The notes under the pieces are model-generated. The model was not told the DNA's origin. It ran no database searches and worked only from the letters and a program-made list of their open reading frames with translations. The translations under genes were made by a program, and so were the position numbers. A DNA stretch of 64,000 nt from Candidatus Magasanikiibacteriota bacterium (lineage in GTDB: Bacteria; Patescibacteriota; Patescibacteriia; Magasanikbacterales; UBA922): contig DMXO01000005.1 of the NCBI GenBank assembly GCA_003482855.1, positions 227,719 to 291,718 on the forward strand. Direction: 5' to 3'. Shown one piece after another: positions 28,269 to 40,811 of the stretch (the first letter of the stretch is position 1; every line of letters starts with the position of its first letter).

Positions 28269-30095
28269 ATGTCGTATATAAAAAATATTTTATTGGTTGT
28301 ATCTCTTGTATTGGTGTCTGGTTGTACGACTGGTGGAGATATATCTGGCACATCGTTGGCCTCTCTTGAAGGTAGTCGAGAAAATACGCCATATCAATAT
28401 AGCGCGCCATGGGACAAAGTATTGTATGAAGGATTTTATACACGCATGCAAGGACCTAACAACCCCAATAGTACAGGTGAAATAAAAGGTGGCGTCGTTC
28501 CTCATCATCTTTTAGCAGGCCATATGGCGGCTGCTTTTTTTGATAATTTAGCTCCACAAAATCCATCTACCATTATCATAATTGGTCCGAATCACTTTGG
28601 GCGCGGAGTTGCTGATGTTATTTCTACTCTTCGTGATTGGAAAACACCTTTTGGAGATGTAGAGACAGACACATCGCTTGTTGAAAAACTTGTTAGCAAT
28701 AATATAGTAGTTGTTGATGAGGAAACTATAAAGGAAGAACATTCTTTATATTCCACAATTCCTTTCATAAGACATTCTCTTCCGAATGCAAAAGTTGTTC
28801 CACTTGCATTGCGAAATGATATAGCTACAGAAAAAATGGATGAACTCATAGCTATATTGGCACAGGAGATGCCAAAAGATGCGGTGATTATTTCTTCGAT
28901 TGATTTTTCTCATTACCAGACGCTTCCTGTTGCCAATTTCCATGATGAACTAAGCATGGGGGTTATAAAATCTTTTGATTATGATCGTTTGGAAGATCTT
29001 GAAATTGACTCAGTTCCTAGTCTTTATGTACTTATGAAACTTATGGAGCATTTCAAAGCTCAACATATTTCATATGAAGAACATTCCAACTCAGCTATAG
29101 TTGCTGATACCCCAGATGAGAAATTGACAACAAGCTATTATATACCATATTTTACGTACGGTGATCCAACTAATAAGCGTGTAGCAAGTATTTTGCATTT
29201 TGGTGACATGATGCTTGATCGTAATGTAAAGAAACGCATAGATATGTATGGTACTGATCATGTACTAGGACAATTGGCTGGCGAGGAACTTAGATTTTTC
29301 AAAGGTATGGATGTGATTGGTGCAAATTTAGAAGGTCCTTTTGCAGATTCACGTCGTGACACGACAAAAGAAATAGCATTTCGATTTGATCCGGCTCTTA
29401 TTCCTATGTTGCAGAAATATAATCTTTCATTATTTACTATTGCCAATAACCATACACTTGATATGGGTTGGCAAGGGTTTGAAGAATCAAAGAAAAATTT
29501 ATCCGATGCAGGAATTGAGTATTATGGGCATGAATTGAGAGTGACACAAGAAGACTCAGTATTGTATAAAGAGATTGGTGGACTTAAGTTTGGTTTTATT
29601 GGCGTGGATGATACTATTTTGAAACTTGATGTAAGTATTATAAAGCAATTGATTGAAGAATCTGAAAAAAATAATGATTATACTATTGTCAATATACATT
29701 GGGGAGCTGAATATGGAGTGCTTAATTCAAATGCAAGGCAACAATATCTTGCACATGAGATGATCGATGCTGGCGCAGATGTTATTATTGGCAATCATCC
29801 ACACGTCGTGCAAGAGATAGAGATGTATCACGATAGACCGATATTTTATTCTCTTGGTAATTTTATATTTGATCAATATTTTTCTATCCCTACACAGCAG
29901 ACAATAGGTGTTGGACTTGTATTCCAAGATACAGATAGCCTCAATATACATATATTTCCTATAGAAGCAGAAGATAGTCGCAATCAGCTTATGGACCACG
30001 AAGCGTCTCGGGCTTTTCTCAAACAACTGGTTGCATCAAGTCGTCTAGGCGACTATACTATGGATAATAATACATTACATATATCTTTTAATTAA
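28269..30095 (+). CDS. Lipoprotein fusion: MEMO domain + CapA/PgsA metallophosphatase domain
   Basis: Lipobox LVSGC; 'VPHH', 'GPNH', 'EHS', 'DFSHY'; then 'GDMMLDR', 'NLEG', 'ANNHTLD', 'HWG.EY', 'GNHPHV', 'YSLGNFIFDQ'. Confidence 0.88.
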   Translation: MSYIKNILLVVSLVLVSGCTTGGDISGTSLASLEGSRENTPYQYSAPWDKVLYEGFYTRMQGPNNPNSTGEIKGGVVPHHLLAGHMAAAFFDNLAPQNPSTIIIIGPNHFGRGVADVISTLRDWKTPFGDVETDTSLVEKLVSNNIVVVDEETIKEEHSLYSTIPFIRHSLPNAKVVPLALRNDIATEKMDELIAILAQEMPKDAVIISSIDFSHYQTLPVANFHDELSMGVIKSFDYDRLEDLEIDSVPSLYVLMKLMEHFKAQHISYEEHSNSAIVADTPDEKLTTSYYIPYFTYGDPTNKRVASILHFGDMMLDRNVKKRIDMYGTDHVLGQLAGEELRFFKGMDVIGANLEGPFADSRRDTTKEIAFRFDPALIPMLQKYNLSLFTIANNHTLDMGWQGFEESKKNLSDAGIEYYGHELRVTQEDSVLYKEIGGLKFGFIGVDDTILKLDVSIIKQLIEESEKNNDYTIVNIHWGAEYGVLNSNARQQYLAHEMIDAGADVIIGNHPHVVQEIEMYHDRPIFYSLGNFIFDQYFSIPTQQTIGVGLVFQDTDSLNIHIFPIEAEDSRNQLMDHEASRAFLKQLVASSRLGDYTMDNNTLHISFN

Positions 30096-30100
30096 ATTAT

Positions 30101-32101
30101 ATGGAAGAAGAAAAACAATCTATACCGGAAGTGCCGCAGCCAAATGGTTCCGTATTTTCAAAAACACAAGTAGTACTATATGGAGCAGTAGCTCTTGTGG
30201 GGATAGCTGCCATCGCGTCTTTTGTCACATTTTTTTTGTTTAGGAATCAACAAGGTGCGCGTGAGGTCGGTGAGTTGCCTCGCGGACAAGATGTGGAACG
30301 TGATATATATGACGCATTAGAAAATATACCGACAAAGACTCCAGATCCAAATGAAGTCCTATACCTCCATACCAATTCTTTTTTTGCCGCATATACTGAG
30401 ACCTTGAATGGAAGAAGAAATTTTACTCCATCGCTTGAAGACAATAAAATTAAAATTACATGGTATAAAGGTGCGCACGCTATTGGCCCAGAAATGCAAG
30501 CTATCTTGGATGAAAAGACAAAGGATATAGAAAAGAGCGATGATGGATACGGACATTTTTATATGTATACCGCAGGTGTCGTCTCATCCCCAGATAGACT
30601 TGCGGGGAAGAATGTATATCTCATTTCCGAAGGTTCTGGTGGCATGGGTATATATTTTAGTGCGGATTTTGCTTTATTTGACGAAGTTTTACATGAATTT
30701 ATTTATTTAGAAAAATCAGGATCGTCTGTCTGTGATCAGTCACTACTGTGCAAGAGTTTTGTTGTACAAGATTTTTCTGAGCTCACTCCTCCCGATGTCT
30801 TGGATATACCGAATGAAGATTCTCTACTTGCACATACGAATGTGTATATAAAAAGAGAAGATGAAGAATCCGCGGCTCCTGTCTTTGATAGTCTTGGTGC
30901 TGCAAATAATCATGGGGGTATTGTGGATGTACAGACTGGTGAATTGGTTAGTATACCTGCGGCATCTGCTGTAGTATTTACTGATCCTATATATGGGCCA
31001 GTATATAGAAAAGGCAAACAGTTTGCTATTGTTCTTCCTGATGGCGCAATGCATTTGTATGATCTTGTTCCTGACTTTTTTGCTGTGGAAGAAATAAAAG
31101 CACAGAAAGAGATGTACGATGTACAATCAAAATTAAGTGTACAATGGATTCCAAAGTATAACACAACAGATGCGTATGTACCTTCAGGAGATATTGTACA
31201 TTTTTGTGGGAGGAGTATTGGTGGATTTCCCAATATTGTGACACAAAAAGATTGGTTCAAAAATCAAGAATTAATAAAAATAGGTGAGACTAATCATGGA
31301 GATGGTGTCTACACTATGAAGAACCCGGAAAATAATACATATTACAAAGATGTATTTGATATAGGATATCAAGGTTCAAAAGTGCTTGCGTCAAATAACA
31401 CTTGGGATGAAGAAAAACAAATTGCATTTGACGCAAAATCTGAGACTGAGAGGTACGCTGATTTTCTTTCGGATAATCCTATCATCTTTTGGCAAGATCA
31501 CTGGGGAGATTGGCGAGCTTATCGTAAAGCGAAATATCAGACACTTGCCGAATGTGCAAAACCGGTAATTTATTTATATCCAGAGAATGAAATGGATGTC
31601 CGTGTGCAAGTAAATCCAGAAGGTGGATTCAAGTATACTGATCCTGCGTATGGTGATGAAGGGTGGTTTGTCCGAGCAACTCCAAAAGGAGAAATAAAAA
31701 ATCTTGCTGACGGGATATCGTATGAATATCTCTTTTGGGAAGGATATGAGTACAATTATGAGATACCATGTTATGGATTTGTAATGAGTAGAGAAGATGT
31801 ACCAACAAAGATGTATATGCTTCTTTCACAACTTGGGTTGAATGAACGTGAGTCAGCAGACTTCATGGATTTTTGGCAAGAAAAATTGGTTGCTAAACCT
31901 TATGTGTACGTGACATTTGTGTCGCAACAGGTTTTTGATGATATCGCACCACTCACTGTAGAACCACAGCCTGACTCTATTATACGTGTATTTATGGATT
32001 ATCAGCCATTGGATTATCCTATGTATGTTTCAGAACCTATTATAAAAACGCCTGAACGTATAGGATTTACCGTTGTTGAGTGGGGTGGACGGTTGAGGTA
32101 A
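30101..32101 (+). CDS. Membrane-anchored hypothetical protein with C-terminal KPVIYLYP domain
   Basis: N-terminal TM; 'AECAKPVIYLYP...YLFWEG...GFTVVEWGG'. Confidence 0.8.
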   Translation: MEEEKQSIPEVPQPNGSVFSKTQVVLYGAVALVGIAAIASFVTFFLFRNQQGAREVGELPRGQDVERDIYDALENIPTKTPDPNEVLYLHTNSFFAAYTETLNGRRNFTPSLEDNKIKITWYKGAHAIGPEMQAILDEKTKDIEKSDDGYGHFYMYTAGVVSSPDRLAGKNVYLISEGSGGMGIYFSADFALFDEVLHEFIYLEKSGSSVCDQSLLCKSFVVQDFSELTPPDVLDIPNEDSLLAHTNVYIKREDEESAAPVFDSLGAANNHGGIVDVQTGELVSIPAASAVVFTDPIYGPVYRKGKQFAIVLPDGAMHLYDLVPDFFAVEEIKAQKEMYDVQSKLSVQWIPKYNTTDAYVPSGDIVHFCGRSIGGFPNIVTQKDWFKNQELIKIGETNHGDGVYTMKNPENNTYYKDVFDIGYQGSKVLASNNTWDEEKQIAFDAKSETERYADFLSDNPIIFWQDHWGDWRAYRKAKYQTLAECAKPVIYLYPENEMDVRVQVNPEGGFKYTDPAYGDEGWFVRATPKGEIKNLADGISYEYLFWEGYEYNYEIPCYGFVMSREDVPTKMYMLLSQLGLNERESADFMDFWQEKLVAKPYVYVTFVSQQVFDDIAPLTVEPQPDSIIRVFMDYQPLDYPMYVSEPIIKTPERIGFTVVEWGGRLR

Positions 32102-32104
32102 ATT

Positions 32105-32962
32105 ATGATTATTGATTCACATTGTCATCTACATTTCGATAGTTTCAAGAGCGATCGCGATCAAGTGATCGCTTCTTGTATTGAACATGGTGTAATCATA
32201 AATACCGTGGGTACTCATAGTGGTACAAGTAAACGCGCAGTCGAGTTGGCAGAAAAAAATGAAAATATGTATGCGACGATAGGACTTCATCCCACACATG
32301 TTTTTCCTATGGAAGTACATGGAGATGAATATGATTTCATTTCAAAAGCAGAGACATTTGACGAAGCATATTATGATACGCTTGCTCAATCAGAAAAAGT
32401 TATTGCAGTAGGGGAATGCGGTATAGATTTGTTTCATCTACCTGAAAATAAAAGTACAGAAGAAGTTTTAGAGAAACAAAAAGAAGTATTTTTGAAACAA
32501 GTAGATTTTGCAAACAAATATAATTTACCTCTTGTTATACATGTACGAGACGCGCATGAACAGCTTATACAAATTCTGAAGTCTGAAGTCCGAAGTCCGA
32601 AGTCCGCCGTGGTCCACTGTTACACATCAAACTGGGGAAATGCTGGAAAATATTTAGATATGGGTTTTTATCTAGGATTTACTGGGGTCATTACATTTCC
32701 ACCAAAAAAAACTGACCCTAAATCTCAAGAAGATCTAATAGAAGTTGTAAAAAAATGTCCTTTGAACAGAATGCTTATCGAAACTGACGCGCCTTATCTA
32801 GCACCTCAGGCATATCGTGGGCAACGTTGTGAACCCTGGATGGTAGAAGATGTAATAAAAAAAATAGCTGAGATTAGAGGAAAAACACTAGACGAAATAA
32901 AAAATATACTATATCAAAATACGTTAAACTTATTCACAAGAATGAAATTAAAAGATAGTTGA
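32105..32962 (+). CDS. tatD: TatD-family nuclease
   Basis: DSHCH, GLHP, GECGID, IHVRDA, VHCY, ETDAPYL. Confidence 0.95.
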   Translation: MIIDSHCHLHFDSFKSDRDQVIASCIEHGVIINTVGTHSGTSKRAVELAEKNENMYATIGLHPTHVFPMEVHGDEYDFISKAETFDEAYYDTLAQSEKVIAVGECGIDLFHLPENKSTEEVLEKQKEVFLKQVDFANKYNLPLVIHVRDAHEQLIQILKSEVRSPKSAVVHCYTSNWGNAGKYLDMGFYLGFTGVITFPPKKTDPKSQEDLIEVVKKCPLNRMLIETDAPYLAPQAYRGQRCEPWMVEDVIKKIAEIRGKTLDEIKNILYQNTLNLFTRMKLKDS

Positions 32963-33021
32963 CGTATCTAGCAAAAAAGTGTAAACTATCTGCGTTTCAT
33001 TTAAAGTCAAGATTTTCCCAT

Positions 33022-33294
33022 ATGGCTCTTTTTCCTTTAGATCCAAAAGATAGGAAATATACCCTCATGGGGCTACGTATCGTAGGTGATTTTGGCGCTA
33101 CCATTGCTGTCCCTGTCGTACTTTTTGTGCTTACTGGGCAGTGGTTGGAGGGGAAATATGGCCACGCGCCGTGGTTCACAGTAGGTGGATTTATCCTTGC
33201 GGCGTTGCTTTCGGGAAAGATGATCTATAAGAAAGCAAAGGCTTACGGGAAGGAATATCAAGAATTAGATAAAAAGGATGGGAATAAAAAATAG
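33022..33294 (+). CDS. AtpZ/AtpI-family protein
   Basis: Two TM; 'GQWLEGKYGHAPWF'; first gene of the atp operon. Confidence 0.8.
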   Translation: MALFPLDPKDRKYTLMGLRIVGDFGATIAVPVVLFVLTGQWLEGKYGHAPWFTVGGFILAALLSGKMIYKKAKAYGKEYQELDKKDGNKK

Positions 33295-33389
33295 TTTTTT
33301 GGTCTTATGGTTTTTCGATCTTGCATAGTTTAGGGTCAAAACATCAAAAGATCAGTTTGGAAAAAGAATTTTAGAAGAAAAAAAGTATT

Positions 33390-34178
33390 ATGTCAGCTGA
33401 AATCCATATACCTACCTTAGCTCCAGAAGTCGTATTTCATATTGGTAATATCAATGTGACCAATACGATGGTCAACGTTTGGATTGCTATACTTATTTTT
33501 TTGGTACTTGGAATTTTTGTGAAACGAGCAGCGAAACTTAGACCAGGGAAATTGCAAAATACATGTGAGTTTTTTCTAGAAGGTGTGCTTGGCTACTTTG
33601 ACCAAGTGACAGGAGATCGAAAAAAGACTATCCGTTTTTTGCCGGTAGTCGGGTCGATCTTCTTTTTTATTTTATTATCCAATTGGCTAGGCCTTTTGCC
33701 GGGTACTGGAAGCATTTTGGTTGGCCATACCATGCTTTTGCGTCCAGCAAATACTGATTTAAACCTCACACTTTCTATGGCCATTATCTCTGTCTTGGCA
33801 TCCCATGCATACGCCTTCGCAGCCATTGGATTTTTTAGTCACGTAGGTAAATTTGTTCAATTTGGGAATCTTCTGAAAAGCATTAAAAAAGGGCCAATTG
33901 CAATTTTTACTGCCATTATCGAGTTTGCTGTTGGATTGATTGAGATTGTTTCAGAGATAGCAAAAATAGTTTCTCTCTCCCTTCGTTTATTTGGTAATAT
34001 TTTTGCAGGAGAAGTTTTGATTTCAGTTATTTCAGCATTGGTTGCAGTGCTTGTCCCAACCCCATTCATGTTGCTTGAGCTGCTCGTTGGTCTTATACAA
34101 GCAACCGTATTTGCAATGCTGACGATTGTATATTTGACGGTTGCAAGCAGCGAGCCACATGGGGCGGAGGAACATTAG
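33390..34178 (+). CDS. atpB: ATP synthase F0 subunit a
   Basis: 'NWLGLLPG', 'SLSLRLFGNIFAGE', 'IQATVF'. Confidence 0.97.
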   Translation: MSAEIHIPTLAPEVVFHIGNINVTNTMVNVWIAILIFLVLGIFVKRAAKLRPGKLQNTCEFFLEGVLGYFDQVTGDRKKTIRFLPVVGSIFFFILLSNWLGLLPGTGSILVGHTMLLRPANTDLNLTLSMAIISVLASHAYAFAAIGFFSHVGKFVQFGNLLKSIKKGPIAIFTAIIEFAVGLIEIVSEIAKIVSLSLRLFGNIFAGEVLISVISALVAVLVPTPFMLLELLVGLIQATVFAMLTIVYLTVASSEPHGAEEH

Positions 34179-34318
34179 ACGACAAAATACAATATACACA
34201 TAGCAAAATACAATTTGTATTTTATTCCATGTATGTTGTATGTTAATTATTAATCGATACTATTCCTCGAGGTTAAACACTTTTCCCAAAGATCCCTCGC
34301 ACGGCACTGGTATCATAA

Positions 34319-34558
<240 letters not shown>

Positions 34559-34631
34559 ATACCAGATATTGGAATATTCAGATATTAGGATGTTTGATAT
34601 CCTAATATCCAATATCTTAATATCAAAATAT

Positions 34632-35207
34632 ATGACACAAGAAGTACACACAACCGAAAATATTGTGGAAACACAGGCAGAAGTCACTCATGGTACAACT
34701 GTAGCTGACGAAGGTCTTGCCGCCTCACTTGGTTTGAATGGTCAGTTGTTTGCATGGCAATTACTTAATTTTGCTGTTGTTGCTGCAATCGTGTGGTTTC
34801 TTATTCTCAAACCTCTGACAAGCAAACTCGAAGAACGCAAAAAACTTATAGATGATAGCCTCGATAAAGCGAAAGAAATTGAGACAAATTTTGAAACAAG
34901 TGAGAAAAAATATCAAGAAAAATTGGATGAGGCAAAAGCCGAGGCTAACAAAGTAATTGAGCAAGCTCATGCAGAAGGAAAACAACTCGGGGATAGTATG
35001 AAAACTCAAGCAAAAGTGGAAGTAGAGAAACTTGTTGAACAAGCAAAAAAACATATCGCAGCAGAAAAGGATACCATGTTTGAAGATATCAAAAAGGAAG
35101 CTGCGAGTATGATAGTACTTGCACTTGAAAAAGTTTTAGGAGAAAAAATGGATAGTGAAAAAGATAAAAAAATTATTGAAGAATCCCTGAGGAATCTCAA
35201 GAAATAA
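34632..35207 (+). CDS. atpF: ATP synthase F0 subunit b
   Basis: 'QLLNF...KPL...LEER' plus coiled coil; ATG 34632. Confidence 0.93.
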   Translation: MTQEVHTTENIVETQAEVTHGTTVADEGLAASLGLNGQLFAWQLLNFAVVAAIVWFLILKPLTSKLEERKKLIDDSLDKAKEIETNFETSEKKYQEKLDEAKAEANKVIEQAHAEGKQLGDSMKTQAKVEVEKLVEQAKKHIAAEKDTMFEDIKKEAASMIVLALEKVLGEKMDSEKDKKIIEESLRNLKK

Positions 35208-35228
35208 TATAGTGTTTGAATATCTCGT

Positions 35229-35618
35229 ATGGCAAAGACATCAAATAAACAATACGCACACGCATTATATGAAATCAGTATTGGATTGAAAGGAAGCGAT
35301 TTAGATTCTTCACTGCGGGCATTTGTGGAATTATTGGTGCGTAATCATAAACTTAAGCAGGCACATAATATTATTGACGAGTTTATTTCGTATACCAAAA
35401 AACAAGAAGGGGTAGTTGAATTGGAGATTACTTCGGCCAGGCAACTCGATGAGAAAACCATTGAAATTATTAAAAAAGCATTTGGTGAAAAAGTTGAAGC
35501 TATACAGAATGTCGATGAAGATTTGATTGGCGGAGTGAGAGTGAAGATGGGAGACAAGATTTTGGATGGAAGTTTAAAAAGTCAATTACGTGCTTTACAC
35601 GAGTTGCTCTCTAGGTAA
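35229..35618 (+). CDS. atpH: ATP synthase subunit delta (short)
   Basis: 'YAHAL', 'TSA', 'VDEDLIGG...GDKILDGS'. Confidence 0.92.
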   Translation: MAKTSNKQYAHALYEISIGLKGSDLDSSLRAFVELLVRNHKLKQAHNIIDEFISYTKKQEGVVELEITSARQLDEKTIEIIKKAFGEKVEAIQNVDEDLIGGVRVKMGDKILDGSLKSQLRALHELLSR

Positions 35619-35633
35619 ATAATGTAGTTATAT

Positions 35634-36149
35634 ATGCATGATGTTCAATCTAGTTTGACTGAGGAACAAAGAAAATTACTCGAAGCAACCTCTTTTAATT
35701 ATTTGAATAAGATTGGAACGATTAGAAATACTTTGGCTACCTTAGCACTTCAGATGCGTGAGGAAGGCAACCTAGACAATGTGGTAGTTGGATGGTTTAG
35801 AGAGGGAATTAGTGTCTTGAAAAGTCGGATTGATGGAAATATATCTTTAATATCGCGGTCACCTCTCGTGGCACAGCCAGACGTTGCTGTAATCCTTGAT
35901 ATTCATGAACTAATCAAAGAACAAGTCGATAAATTGGATGCCGCATTGGATGATGACATAATAGAAATAGTTAAAAATTTTGAAACAGGATCAGAAAAAG
36001 ATTTAAAAAGTATATTTGATGAGTTAGTTATCCAAGGGAGAAGAATGAAGGGGGTAGAATTATTTGAAATATATTATCGAGAAACAGAATTTGGTATGCA
36101 TGGAAATGAAGGTAACCAACGATTAACTAATGGTAATTATCACGCTTAA
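35634..36149 (+). CDS. Hypothetical helical protein inside the atp operon
   Basis: 171-aa ORF between atpH and atpA; no recognised motif. Confidence 0.7.
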   Translation: MHDVQSSLTEEQRKLLEATSFNYLNKIGTIRNTLATLALQMREEGNLDNVVVGWFREGISVLKSRIDGNISLISRSPLVAQPDVAVILDIHELIKEQVDKLDAALDDDIIEIVKNFETGSEKDLKSIFDELVIQGRRMKGVELFEIYYRETEFGMHGNEGNQRLTNGNYHA

Positions 36150-36170
36150 AAATAAATATTATAATAATAT

Positions 36171-37661
36171 ATGTCTACAAATCAAATCGTTGAAGAACTC
36201 AAAAAACACATTAGTGCATTTGAAAAAAATATTGAGGTTGAAGAAGTCGGGGCTGTCATTGAAGTTGGAGATGGCATTGCTCGCATGAGTGGTCTAACCA
36301 AATGTCAGGCGCAAGAAATGTTGGAATTCCCTGGCGGTATTCTTGGCGTCGCCTTGAATTTGGAAGAAGAGACAGTTGGTGCCATGATTTTGGGTGAATA
36401 CAAAGGTATTAAAGAAGGAGATATAGTCAAGCGTACCGGACGTATTTTATCCGTTCCAGTAGGTGAACAAATGGTTGGTCGCGTAGTGAATGCATTGGGA
36501 CAAGAAATTGATGGCAAGGGCGAAATAAAAACAAAACAATTTTACCCCGTAGAAAAAATTGCTCCGGGAGTTATGACACGTGAAGGAGTGCATGAGCCAG
36601 TACAGACAGGTATCAAAGCGATTGATGCTATGATTCCTATTGGACGTGGACAACGCGAGCTTATTATTGGTGATCGACAGACAGGCAAGACAGCTATTGC
36701 TATAGATGCAATTATCAATCAAAAAGGACAAAACATGAAGTGTATTTATGTCGCAGTCGGACAAAAAGAAAGTAAAGTTGCTCGTATTGTTGCGAAACTT
36801 CAAGAAACCGGCGCAATGGAATATACAACGGTAGTGGTTGCAGGCGCGAGTGATCCTGCCTCTATGTCATTTATTGCACCATATGCGGGGGTTGCTATGG
36901 CAGAATACTTTGCTGACAAAGGTGAGGATGTCTTGATTATTTATGATGACTTGACCAAACAGGCATGGGCATATCGTGAAATTTCTTTGCTCTTGCGTCG
37001 TCCACCTGGTCGTGAAGCTTATCCAGGTGATGTATTTTACCTCCATTCACGTCTTCTCGAGCGTGCGTGCAAACTTAATAAGGAAAATGGGGGAGGATCA
37101 ATTACAGCATTACCAATTATTGAAACACAAGCAGGGGATGTGACCGCATATATTCCTACCAATGTTATCTCTATTACTGATGGCCAAATTTTTCTAGAAA
37201 CCGATCTATTTTACAAAGGTGTCCGTCCAGCTTTAAACATCGGTTTGTCTGTCTCACGTGTAGGTGGAGCTGCGCAAATAAAACCTATGAAAAAAGTGGC
37301 AGGTAAGGTGAAACTTGCTATGGCGCAATTCCGTGAACTTGAAGCTTTTGCACAGTTTGCAAGTGACTTGGATGCTGATACAAAAAAACAAATTGATTTG
37401 GGATATAGAATTACTGAACTCATGAAACAACCCCAATATTCTCCTATGGCTGTGGAAGAACAAGTTGCTGTTATTTTCGCGGCGAACAATGGCGTCTTTG
37501 ATAGTGTAGAAGTGAAAGCTGTTTCGGAGCATGAGAAAAAGCTTGTTGAATTTATGAACAAAACGAGACGTGCATTACTGGACAAAATTAAAGCAGGGGA
37601 ATGGGATGAAAAGATTGAGGGTGAATTGAGGGATGCGTGCGTAGAATTTAAGAAAAACTAA
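36171..37661 (+). CDS. atpA: ATP synthase subunit alpha
   Basis: GDRQTGKT; '[23 protein letters not shown]'. Confidence 0.99.
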   Translation: MSTNQIVEELKKHISAFEKNIEVEEVGAVIEVGDGIARMSGLTKCQAQEMLEFPGGILGVALNLEEETVGAMILGEYKGIKEGDIVKRTGRILSVPVGEQMVGRVVNALGQEIDGKGEIKTKQFYPVEKIAPGVMTREGVHEPVQTGIKAIDAMIPIGRGQRELIIGDRQTGKTAIAIDAIINQKGQNMKCIYVAVGQKESKVARIVAKLQETGAMEYTTVVVAGASDPASMSFIAPYAGVAMAEYFADKGEDVLIIYDDLTKQAWAYREISLLLRRPPGREAYPGDVFYLHSRLLERACKLNKENGGGSITALPIIETQAGDVTAYIPTNVISITDGQIFLETDLFYKGVRPALNIGLSVSRVGGAAQIKPMKKVAGKVKLAMAQFRELEAFAQFASDLDADTKKQIDLGYRITELMKQPQYSPMAVEEQVAVIFAANNGVFDSVEVKAVSEHEKKLVEFMNKTRRALLDKIKAGEWDEKIEGELRDACVEFKKN

Positions 37662-37681
37662 TTCAAAAGACAATACGAAGT

Positions 37682-40040
<2,359 letters not shown>

Positions 40041-40048
40041 TATATCGT

Positions 40049-40477
40049 ATGGTTACAAATTTATTAAAACTCAAAATTGCCACACCTGAAAAAGTTGTCT
40101 ATGAGAATGATATTTTTCAAGTTTCTATCCCAACTACCACGGGTGAAATAACAGTACTTCCACATCATATCCCGCTCGTGTCCGTTCTTGTCGCTGGTGA
40201 ACTCAAGATTAAAGATTCACATGGTGACCATGTTATTGCTATTGCAGGAGGTTTTTTGGAAATTCGTGGTAATAATGAAATTATTTTGCTTGCAGACAAC
40301 GCAGAACGAGCTGAAGACATTGACATTGATCGTGCAGAACAAGCGCGACAGAGAGCACAAAAAGAAATGGAAGAAGCAAAAAACAGACAAGATATTGACT
40401 TTGCAAAACTACAAGCAGTGATAGATAGAGAAATGAACCGGGTGAGAGTAGGGAAAAAATATAAAAGCGTAAAATGA
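40049..40477 (+). CDS. atpC: ATP synthase subunit epsilon
   Basis: 'IATPE', 'GEITVLPHHIPL', 'GGF'. Confidence 0.96.
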   Translation: MVTNLLKLKIATPEKVVYENDIFQVSIPTTTGEITVLPHHIPLVSVLVAGELKIKDSHGDHVIAIAGGFLEIRGNNEIILLADNAERAEDIDIDRAEQARQRAQKEMEEAKNRQDIDFAKLQAVIDREMNRVRVGKKYKSVK

Positions 40478-40502
40478 TTTTTTATTAGAATATAGTCAAA
40501 TT

Positions 40503-40724
40503 ATGAAACATGAATTTGGTATAAAGAGTTTTTTTGTAGAGGTTTCTTTGACTATGTTCCTATTGCTGACTAACGTTTTCATGGGATTTTTCACTCATGA
40601 GAATTTAGCACAGCAAGATTCATTGATATACAGAATTGAAAATACCTTGACTATACAGAATATTCTTATAGCATTTGTTGCAGGCGTTATTGCTTATATT
40701 GTCATACAATCTATACGCAAGTGA
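40503..40724 (+). CDS. Small 2-TM hypothetical protein
   Basis: 73-aa co-oriented ORF with two hydrophobic segments. Confidence 0.6.
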   Translation: MKHEFGIKSFFVEVSLTMFLLLTNVFMGFFTHENLAQQDSLIYRIENTLTIQNILIAFVAGVIAYIVIQSIRK

Positions 40725-40811
40725 TATTATTTATTAACAAAAATACTTGATATTTTTATTACATACGCGTATACTATAGCGTATTAATTTTTTTATATTA
40801 TCCAGTATAAT

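Noticed and set aside
34569-34631. N-terminal extension of atpF from TTG 34569
   Set aside because: It translates the GATATT/AATATC repeat hairpin; ATG 34632 is more plausible.
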